Below are positions 37,383-45,007 of a DNA stretch of 64,000 nt, piece after piece. Below the pieces are notes generated by a model, which was not told the DNA's origin, searched no databases, and saw only the letters and a program-made list of their open reading frames with translations. The position numbers and the translations under genes were made by a program. Position 1 is the first letter of the stretch. Every line of letters starts with the position of its first letter. Source of the DNA: an uncultured Bacilli bacterium (GTDB lineage Bacteria > Bacillota_I > Bacilli_A > RF39 > UBA660); contig CANRCX010000002.1 in the NCBI GenBank assembly GCA_947629235.1, forward strand, positions 20,824 to 84,823. Reading direction: 5' to 3'.

Positions 37383-37423
37383 GTGACGAATCTGTTCGAA
37401 CTTTTCGGACATTCAAATATATT

Positions 37424-37448
37424 TCATCTCAATTTGAGATGATTTTTT
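37424..37448 (+). terminator. Terminator after tRNA-Gly
   Basis: TCATCTC-aattt-GAGATGA is followed by TTTTTT. Confidence 0.7.
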
Positions 37449-37647
37449 GTTACATAAAAAATAATCATAGAATTATTTTGATACATTGGTCAAAATATCT
37501 AGTGGGTTAAGTATTTTGTCATAAACAAAATACTCAAAAACTGAGAGATATTAACATTGTTTGGCAGTTTATATGATAAAATATTAGTAGTATTTTATTT
37601 TAAAGAAATTTCCAGACGCATCTGACTAATTTCAGAAAGGAGCAATT

Positions 37648-38676
37648 ATGTTAGAAAAAAGCAATAATAAAATCATTCAAGAAATTAAAGATATTATTTT
37701 GAGCAGCAGAAAAAAGGTGGCTTATGAAGTAAATAATACTATGTTATATGCATATTGGAATGTTGGAAGAATTATTGTTGAAAATGAACAAAATGGTAAT
37801 ATTAAAGCAGAATATGGAAAACAAATTATGAAGGAACTTTCTAAGGAATTAAGAAAAAGTTTAGGATCAGGTTTCTCAGTTAGCAATTTATTTAATATGC
37901 GTAAACTTTATATAACTTATCCAAAATTCCAGACAGTGTCTGGAAAATTAAGCTGGTCTCATTATTGTGAATTATTAAGTATTGAGAACGTTGATGAACG
38001 TAACTTTTATGAAAAGGAATGCTTAAATTCTAATTGGAGTGTACGAGAATTAAAAAGACAATTAGAAACTTCTTTATTTGAAAGATTACTACTTTCTGAA
38101 GGAAAAAATAATAAGAAAAAAGTTTATGAATTATCAAAAGTTGGACAAACACTTAATGCACCGGAAGATGTATTAAAAGAACCTTATGTGTTTGAATTTT
38201 TAGGAGTTAAAGAAAATAAACCAATTTTAGAAAAAGATTTAGAACAAAAGTTAGTAAAACATATTGAAGAATTTTTACTTGAGTTAGGTAAAGGTTTTAT
38301 GTTTGTTGGGACTCAACAAAGAATTACCTTAGGAAATACTCATTATTATGTTGATATGGTGTTTTATAATAAAATATTAAAATGTTATGTTTTAATTGAT
38401 TTAAAAATTGGACAAATGAAAGCTGAATATGCAGGTCAAATGAATATGTATCTAAATTACTATAATGAAGAAATAAATGATAAAGATGATAATAAACCAA
38501 TAGGAATAATTCTTTGTAAAAGTAAAAAAGATATTGCAATTGATTATGCTCTAGGTGGACTTTCCAATAATGTTTTTTCTTCAACTTATACTTACTATAT
38601 TCCTAATAAAGAACAATTAATTAATGAAGTAGAAAAAGTTTTAAATGAAACTGAAAAAGATGATATTGAGCATTAA
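37648..38676 (+). CDS. DUF1016 / YhcG-family PD-(D/E)XK nuclease-domain protein
   Basis: It has the family-typical N-terminal helical region ending in ..FQTVSGKLSWSHY.. and a C-terminal nuclease core (YYVDMVFYN..LKCYVLIDLKIG), i.e. D..(D/E)xK. Confidence 0.78.
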   Translation: MLEKSNNKIIQEIKDIILSSRKKVAYEVNNTMLYAYWNVGRIIVENEQNGNIKAEYGKQIMKELSKELRKSLGSGFSVSNLFNMRKLYITYPKFQTVSGKLSWSHYCELLSIENVDERNFYEKECLNSNWSVRELKRQLETSLFERLLLSEGKNNKKKVYELSKVGQTLNAPEDVLKEPYVFEFLGVKENKPILEKDLEQKLVKHIEEFLLELGKGFMFVGTQQRITLGNTHYYVDMVFYNKILKCYVLIDLKIGQMKAEYAGQMNMYLNYYNEEINDKDDNKPIGIILCKSKKDIAIDYALGGLSNNVFSSTYTYYIPNKEQLINEVEKVLNETEKDDIEH

Positions 38677-38792
38677 TTTGAATAAAAACTGTAGATATCT
38701 ATAACACTCGCTTTAAATTGATAATAATTGTGCTAACAGAAATGTTAGTTTTTTATTACAAAAAATCTATGAATCTTGAAGTTAAAAATTAA

Positions 38793-39512
38793 TTATATTA
38801 TATTTTTATAAACTTCATTAATCTTTTTAATAACCATATTAACACAATTATCCATAAGTTCATCTAATTCATTTTTAGTAAAAACTTTATAATTATGTTT
38901 AAATAATTTTTCTTTAAGACTTAACTTATTAAATTTTGCAAATTCATTTTTTAAATAATTAATTCTATATTCAACTAAATCATCATTTAAAAAGTTTCCA
39001 TATAAATCATTAATATTCTTTTTTATTAATTTATCATCAGTAGGAATTGTAATTAAATTATCATTAAATAAATATTTTCCATATAATTCAAAGTCATAAT
39101 GTTTATATTTTCTTTTTAATCTTTTTTTATCTTCAATATCAATTTTTAATACTTTGTTATTTTTTAATTTAATTCCAACTATATTATTGTCATCATCTTG
39201 AACCCATTTAGTGGTATAAATTTTTTCATTATAAAATAAATCAGTTAATAAGTGAGCATAATATCCTAATATTAATGGATTATTTAATTTGTTTTTGTAT
39301 GTGTTTAAAAATTTATTTATATCTATCATTTTTTCTTGTGGTACAGTTGGAAATGGTAAATTTTCATTATAATAATGAGCTTCATATCTTGTTATAGGAG
39401 TTCCTTTATCTACATCTGGAATTAAATTGCCATATAAAAATAATTCTTCATTTAATTTAAGCTCTTTATTTGCTTTTTTAGCAATAGCTAAATGTACTGA
39501 CCAACTTGGCAT
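38793..39512 (-). CDS. Zinc-dependent phospholipase C-like / metal-dependent hydrolase family protein (tentative)
   Basis: The N-terminal SWSVHLAIA (a W..H metal-ligand pattern), NLIPDVD and GYYAHLLTDLFYN suggest this family. ATG 39512 lies 10 nt after AGGA. Confidence 0.4.
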   Translation of the reverse strand: MPSWSVHLAIAKKANKELKLNEELFLYGNLIPDVDKGTPITRYEAHYYNENLPFPTVPQEKMIDINKFLNTYKNKLNNPLILGYYAHLLTDLFYNEKIYTTKWVQDDDNNIVGIKLKNNKVLKIDIEDKKRLKRKYKHYDFELYGKYLFNDNLITIPTDDKLIKKNINDLYGNFLNDDLVEYRINYLKNEFAKFNKLSLKEKLFKHNYKVFTKNELDELMDNCVNMVIKKINEVYKNII

Positions 39513-39676
39513 AATAATCACATCCTATTATTTTAGAATTCATTATAAAATAATTATAACATAATATTAGTTAAAATATATTTTATATTAATTTAGTATA
39601 GCAAATAAAAATATTTATAACTGACATAAATATTTCCTTTTCTTTTGATATTATTAATTTAGAAAGGAGAATTATT

Positions 39677-40702
39677 ATGAAACATACACATACTGAAACA
39701 ACAGAAATTAATTTTTCTAATTTAGAAAAAAGATTACTACAAATAAATGATGAGTTTACATACATTCGTTTTAAAGATTTTATAGAAAAACCAACTTTAA
39801 TTGTTGGTACTGGTGGATCTAAAGCAGTTACATATTACATAAAAATGTATTTAGAATCTAAAGGAGTTTTATGTGAAGTAATTGAACCAAGAGACTATTT
39901 TTATAAAGAAAATATTAAACAATTTGATAGTTTAATTGCTATTTCTAATAGTGGAAAAACAAATGGTATAATGGAAATACTTAAACACTTTAATAATAAT
40001 TATTCAGGTAAATGTTATTTGATTAATAGTGAACTAGATGAAAAGTTAAATACCTTTAATAATATTAATTGGGGTAATAATAAATATAATAATCATGAAA
40101 AAAGTTTTATTTCAATTATTCCGACACTTGCACCTATGTTAATGATTTTAGATTTAAATGTTTTAAATGAATTACAAAAGACAGAATTATCACGTAAAGA
40201 TTTAATCAAAATAAATAATAAAATAAAACAATTAATAGAAAAAAGTAAAGAAACAATTAATAATTTTAACTTCAATTTTAAAGATACAAATTTAATACAA
40301 ATTTTATCAGGATATGATACTATGACTTCATCTTCAATTTTAGAATCTAATATGATAGAAACAGGAACTTCTAGTGTTGTTGTACATGATAAGGGTTCTT
40401 ATTGTCATGGTAGAAGTAATCTTATATTTCAAAATCAAGAAAGTCCTATTATTTATTTAACACATAAAATGAAAGAATTAGATAATGAAATATTATCAAT
40501 ACTTAGACAAGAATATCCTAATATTTTTCTTTTTCATACTTTAGATGAAGATGCAAATATTTTTTGGAAAGAATATTATTTAGCTTTACAAATGTATTTT
40601 TTATCTAAAAAAATAGCTGATGATAAAAAAATTGATCTTACAATGCCTGAATATAATTCAAAAGTAGTACAAAAATTATACAAATATAAAGGTGAAATGT
40701 AA
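39677..40702 (+). CDS. Double SIS (sugar isomerase/phosphosugar-binding)-like protein
   Basis: The first half has LIVGTGGSKAV..AISNSGKTNG (SxSGxT). The second half has a similar Rossmann-like layout with YCHGRSN. Its size of about 340 aa matches AgaS/FrlB/GlmS-isomerase-type double-SIS proteins. Confidence 0.45.
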   Translation: MKHTHTETTEINFSNLEKRLLQINDEFTYIRFKDFIEKPTLIVGTGGSKAVTYYIKMYLESKGVLCEVIEPRDYFYKENIKQFDSLIAISNSGKTNGIMEILKHFNNNYSGKCYLINSELDEKLNTFNNINWGNNKYNNHEKSFISIIPTLAPMLMILDLNVLNELQKTELSRKDLIKINNKIKQLIEKSKETINNFNFNFKDTNLIQILSGYDTMTSSSILESNMIETGTSSVVVHDKGSYCHGRSNLIFQNQESPIIYLTHKMKELDNEILSILRQEYPNIFLFHTLDEDANIFWKEYYLALQMYFLSKKIADDKKIDLTMPEYNSKVVQKLYKYKGEM

Positions 40703-40711
40703 TAATTATTA

Positions 40712-41650
40712 CTAATTAATATTCCATTTTGGTGGATAAATATAATTTATTTTTTCTTTTTTTGGAATATAGTGCTTTTTGATTTTAGTTCTATTAGATT
40801 TTAATTCAGGTATAGCTTGTCTACAATATTTATCTAATTCACAAAATATATTTTGACAATCTATAAGTTGTAGTGGCCTATTACCAATTCTTTTAAAGTT
40901 TAAGTTAAGTCTTTTAAATTCTTCATCTTGATGTTCATACATATATTTAATAATATCTTCATTACTCATTTTACCTTTATCAATAAAACATTTTTTAATT
41001 CCACGAAGTGATCCAGGTCCAGCTATTGTAAATTCATCTTCTTTCCAATTTATGACTTCACTATAATTAATATCAGTTACTAATTGATAAGCCATAAAAT
41101 TTCCAATTAAAGGATAACTTTTAATTATATTAAATGCTTCTTCCATAGTTTTACATTTAATAATTTTATTTTGTATTTTATCTTCATTAAACATTTTATT
41201 AAGAAGTGCTAAATGATTATCATGCTTTCTATCAAATCCAAATGCTTTATTTGCACAACTTATGTATGCATCATTATATATTTTAATACCATTTGATATA
41301 GCTTTCTCTAACACTTTAGAAAAATTTTTAATATCAAATGTTTTTAAAGTAATATCTTCAAAATTATTTAATAACAATTCCCATGTAGATTCTTTATTAA
41401 ATAGTTTAAATAATAATATTCTAAATAACATATCTTCATTAGAATATGTTTTACCATTATATATTACATTTCTTAGTAAATATTGACTAACTCTATCATT
41501 AACTCTATAACTATTACAAAATTTATATTCTTGTAGAATTTTATCATTTGTCCAAGGAGACTTATCTCCATTTAATTTTTTCCAAAATATATTTTGTCTT
41601 TCACATGCAAAATACCAATATAAATCATATACTTCTTGTCTTTTTTTCAT
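40712..41650 (-). CDS. aGPT-Pplase-like / 5-hmdU-DNA-kinase helical-domain family protein (putative DNA base hypermodification protein). Assigned from motif recall only.
   Basis: The N-terminus VYDLYWYFACERQNIFWKK..SPWTNDKILQEYKFCNSYRVNDRVSQYL and the later AGPGSLRGI match my recollection of this family. There is no P-loop. The start codon lies 3 nt after the radical SAM stop, with the GAGGTG RBS spanning that stop. Confidence 0.45.
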   Translation of the reverse strand: MKKRQEVYDLYWYFACERQNIFWKKLNGDKSPWTNDKILQEYKFCNSYRVNDRVSQYLLRNVIYNGKTYSNEDMLFRILLFKLFNKESTWELLLNNFEDITLKTFDIKNFSKVLEKAISNGIKIYNDAYISCANKAFGFDRKHDNHLALLNKMFNEDKIQNKIIKCKTMEEAFNIIKSYPLIGNFMAYQLVTDINYSEVINWKEDEFTIAGPGSLRGIKKCFIDKGKMSNEDIIKYMYEHQDEEFKRLNLNFKRIGNRPLQLIDCQNIFCELDKYCRQAIPELKSNRTKIKKHYIPKKEKINYIYPPKWNIN

Positions 41651-41653
41651 AAA

Positions 41654-42658
41654 TCACCTCATACATTTTGGATCTCTTGAGTTAATACATTTTTTTAAAG
41701 TTAAAACTTTATCTTCATTATCAGTATAATTAGCAATTATTTTTTGACCAATACATCCACTTTTACATATAGAATATTGTTCACAAGAAGAGCAAGTATT
41801 ATTTGTATTAAATTTTCTTATATTACTAAAATATTCTGAATTATATATATCATTTAATGAATTTTCTTTTATATTTCCACTAATACCTAATTTAGTAAAA
41901 TATTTTATTGAATCACAAGGATATGCTATACCATCAAATCCAATTATCATTATTTCATCAGCAATAATACAAGGCGTATTTTTAATTCCTAATATATTCC
42001 AAGGTGTTCCTAATCTTATTTTATCTTTATCATTTGAATTCAAATAAAGATTTTTAATAGCTAATAATTCATCTTTAGATAAATCCATATTAGTTGTACC
42101 TTTTCCATGTGGAACAAATCTTAATAAACTAATTTTATCAAAATAATTTTTATATTTGAAAGTATTAATAGTTTCATTTACTACTTTTTCTAATTTGGAA
42201 AATGAATCTTTTGAAACTGTATAATGAAATCCTAACTTTGCATTATTTCTATCAAAAACCTTATCAAAAAATTGTTCATTGTTATAAATAGAAATATCTT
42301 TTTCATTAGATAATGAATCAGCTAATGAATAAACTATTTTATTAAGACCAAGATTTATTAATTCTCTATATTTATTTAAAGTTTCATCTGTTCTATATGC
42401 AAAAGTATAAATAGTTGATTTCATTTTTAATTTTGAAGTTAATTCTACAAGTTCTGGAAGTTTATCATACATTAAAGGTTCTCCACCAGTAAAAACAATA
42501 GTATCAGCACCCATAATTTTTGCTTCTTTAATAACTCTAGATACATCTTCAAAATCTAATTCTTTTAAATTACTAATATTACTAGTAGCATTACTAGAAC
42601 AATGCTTACAATTTCTAGAACATCTATTTGTTAATTCTATTTTTACTTCTTTTAACAT
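41654..42658 (-). CDS. Radical SAM enzyme with C-terminal SPASM/twitch-like Cys cluster
   Basis: CSRNCKHC (CxxxCxxC), the GGEPL SAM-binding motif and the C-terminal CSSCEQYSICKSGCIG are present. ATG 42658 lies 8 nt after GGAG; the longer ORF starting at 42700 is unlikely. Confidence 0.85.
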   Translation of the reverse strand: MLKEVKIELTNRCSRNCKHCSSNATSNISNLKELDFEDVSRVIKEAKIMGADTIVFTGGEPLMYDKLPELVELTSKLKMKSTIYTFAYRTDETLNKYRELINLGLNKIVYSLADSLSNEKDISIYNNEQFFDKVFDRNNAKLGFHYTVSKDSFSKLEKVVNETINTFKYKNYFDKISLLRFVPHGKGTTNMDLSKDELLAIKNLYLNSNDKDKIRLGTPWNILGIKNTPCIIADEIMIIGFDGIAYPCDSIKYFTKLGISGNIKENSLNDIYNSEYFSNIRKFNTNNTCSSCEQYSICKSGCIGQKIIANYTDNEDKVLTLKKCINSRDPKCMR

Positions 42659-42761
42659 ACTACCAGCTCCATAAAGAATAAATATATAAATATTATACAA
42701 TAAATGTTAATAATTCTCTATCATATAATAAAAAAGTTAAACAAATTTGAAATGTTTAACT

Positions 42762-43421
42762 TTACTTTAAAATTTTAGTATATTCACTTTCTTTATTAAT
42801 ATTATTAACTTCACAATATTTCTTTTTAAATTCTTCTTTATTTTCTGCTAGAAGTGAAATATCTTCTAAAAATTTTTGATAATCTTTATCTTCAAAATAC
42901 ATTTTTTCTGTTGCATAACCTTTTTTACCAAATTTATTAATTATGTGTTGTCTTGATTCTTCTATTATTTGATCAAAAGTATAATTAGGAAAATGTTTTA
43001 ATCTATAAGCATATGTTCTTTTTAATGGAACTTCTACTAATGTATTTCTATCAGCAGAAGAAACAATTTTACCATAAATACTTCTAGGATCACCTTCCAT
43101 ACTTGCTCTATGATCATAAACAGCTTCTGACATTATTTTAATTTCGTTTTCACTAAAAAAATTTCTTAAATTTTTATCGTCACTTAACATATTTGCTGAA
43201 ATTTTTTCATGATTTTTAGCATCAATAAAATGACCTATATCATGATAAGCCGCTATTGTATAAACCATATCATAATTAATATCTTTAACTTCATTAGCAA
43301 ATTTTAAACTTCTATTAATAACATATTTAATATGGTCTAAATTATGACCTAAATCATTTTTACTATAACTAGGAAAAATATTTTCTTCTATATATTTTTG
43401 TAAATCTTTATTTAATTTCAT
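42762..43421 (-). CDS. HD-domain phosphohydrolase
   Basis: HNLDHIKYV .. AAYHDIGH .. DHR .. SSADR give an H..HD..D metal-ligand pattern. Confidence 0.75.
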   Translation of the reverse strand: MKLNKDLQKYIEENIFPSYSKNDLGHNLDHIKYVINRSLKFANEVKDINYDMVYTIAAYHDIGHFIDAKNHEKISANMLSDDKNLRNFFSENEIKIMSEAVYDHRASMEGDPRSIYGKIVSSADRNTLVEVPLKRTYAYRLKHFPNYTFDQIIEESRQHIINKFGKKGYATEKMYFEDKDYQKFLEDISLLAENKEEFKKKYCEVNNINKESEYTKILK

Positions 43422-43443
43422 ATTATCTCACCTAAAAAATATT

Positions 43444-43740
43444 TTATTTATGTTGTTCATTTCCTTTTAATGATTCATAAAATGATCTATTAGCCGCTAC
43501 AACTTGATCAACAGTTTCCCATTCTTGACCATCTGCAGATTTTAAATTCGCAGTTTTAGTATAATTTGTTTGTGTATTAAATTTAGATTCCATTCCATTT
43601 CCATAAGGAGTTCTAGAATCAAAATTAGATTTCATTCCATTTTCGTAAGGTGTTCTAGGATTAATTTTAGGCTCATATATCTTTCCAAATGAATTTAAGT
43701 TATTAATATTTTGGCCATTATTTAAATAATCATTATACAT
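43444..43740 (-). CDS. Hypothetical small Asn/Gln-rich protein with an internal tandem repeat
   Basis: RTPYENGMKSNFDS and RTPYGNGMESKFNT are tandem repeats. ATG 43740 lies 7 nt after AAGGAA. Confidence 0.45.
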   Translation of the reverse strand: MYNDYLNNGQNINNLNSFGKIYEPKINPRTPYENGMKSNFDSRTPYGNGMESKFNTQTNYTKTANLKSADGQEWETVDQVVAANRSFYESLKGNEQHK

Positions 43741-43861
43741 AATATTATTTCCTTTCAAAAATATTATATCATTTTGCTAATAATTTTTATAGTATATTAC
43801 TAAAAACATATAAAATATGCTATACTCATATTAGATAATAAAATAGTTTAGGTGATTTAAA

Positions 43862-44314
43862 ATGCAGAAAGACATATTAGATAAATATATTAAATTATCA
43901 AGAATTATTATAACTTTTTTAGTATTTATAGTTTTAAATATATGTTTTTTATATGAAAATGATCCACAATGGATTATTTCAATTATAATTTCTAGTATAG
44001 TATTAATTATTAGTTCTCCAAGTTCTAAAATATGTAAATTTTTAATAAATATTGGAGATAAAATAGATAGAATAATATTAAAAATATTATATTACTTTTT
44101 ACTTTTACCAATTATTTTTATAATACTTCTTTTTATAGTAGGATTAATTTGTTCCTTAATTGTTATGCTATTTGAATATATGGGTTCAATAAGTTTAGGT
44201 TTTGCACTTTTAATTGCATTTACAGGAGTTGGTATTTTTACTTGTGTTTTAGTTCCATATTTTCAAACTTTAATTATATTGATTCTTAGATATATTTATA
44301 AAGTTAAAAAATAA
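43862..44314 (+). CDS. Hypothetical polytopic membrane protein
   Basis: Four hydrophobic segments. No family recognised. Confidence 0.45.
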   Translation: MQKDILDKYIKLSRIIITFLVFIVLNICFLYENDPQWIISIIISSIVLIISSPSSKICKFLINIGDKIDRIILKILYYFLLLPIIFIILLFIVGLICSLIVMLFEYMGSISLGFALLIAFTGVGIFTCVLVPYFQTLIILILRYIYKVKK

Positions 44315-44394
44315 AAATTTTAATATTTTATAGATTTTGTATCAATAATAATATTTGTGCTATAATTGAAATAGAAAATTAGAAAGGAGTAGTT

Positions 44395-44961
44395 ATGTAT
44401 AAAAATTTAAAAAGATATATCTATACATCACTTATAAGTTCTGCTTTATTTATTATACTTGGTTTAATATTAATAATATTCCCAGAAACATCACTTAATA
44501 TTATAAGATGGGTAATAGTAATATTACTAATGCTTATTGGTATTTATTCATTAATTGTTGATACTAATAAAACATGGCTTTCATTTAATGCATTTTCAAC
44601 AGATGTATTATCAATAATATTTGCTGTTATATTAATTGCTTATCCTAAAACACTATCAATGTTATTACCAATTGTACTTGGTATTTGGATTATATCTTTT
44701 AGTAGTTTTGGATTAAAATTATCACTAACTTTAAGAAAATTTGAAGAAATAAATTGGTTAGTTCCATTATTTATATCACTTTTATCAATCGCATGTGGTA
44801 TTATCTTAATAATTAATCCATTAGGAAGTATGATTACAATAACTAAATTTATAGGAATAGTAATGATATCATTTTCAATAACTAATATAGTAAATATGAT
44901 ATTATTTAAAAGACATGTAGAGAATATATCTAAATATTTAATGGATTTATTTTCTTTATAA
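44395..44961 (+). CDS. HdeD/DUF308-like membrane protein
   Basis: It has six TM segments with the typical repeated layout (..ALFIILGLILIIFPE....W.I.I.L...G). Confidence 0.55.
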   Translation: MYKNLKRYIYTSLISSALFIILGLILIIFPETSLNIIRWVIVILLMLIGIYSLIVDTNKTWLSFNAFSTDVLSIIFAVILIAYPKTLSMLLPIVLGIWIISFSSFGLKLSLTLRKFEEINWLVPLFISLLSIACGIILIINPLGSMITITKFIGIVMISFSITNIVNMILFKRHVENISKYLMDLFSL

Positions 44962-45007
44962 AAATAAAAAATCTCTTTTGAGATTTTTTTAATGTTTTAA
45001 ATTTTTA

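Noticed and set aside
28602-37391. The idea that the shared GTGACGAAT motifs after the two tRNAs delimit an integrated element spanning 28.6-37.4 kb.
   Set aside because: The enclosed genes include clear housekeeping functions (queH, ogg, upp, PAP2, LtaS-like), and no mobility genes are present. The motif is kept only as a low-interest observation.
37921-37945. A perfect inverted repeat, TTCCAGACagTGTCTGGAA, inside the DUF1016 gene, with a related TTCCAGAC upstream at about 37609.
   Set aside because: It sits within the conserved coding segment (..KFQTVSGK..) and is most simply a coding coincidence. A protein-binding role cannot be supported from sequence alone.
37383-43758. Calling the tRNA-Gly-adjacent patch a mobile element or prophage.
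   Set aside because: I saw no integrase, transposase, phage structural or conjugation genes, and I could not find a repeat of the tRNA 3' end by eye. It is reported only as an accessory-looking patch.
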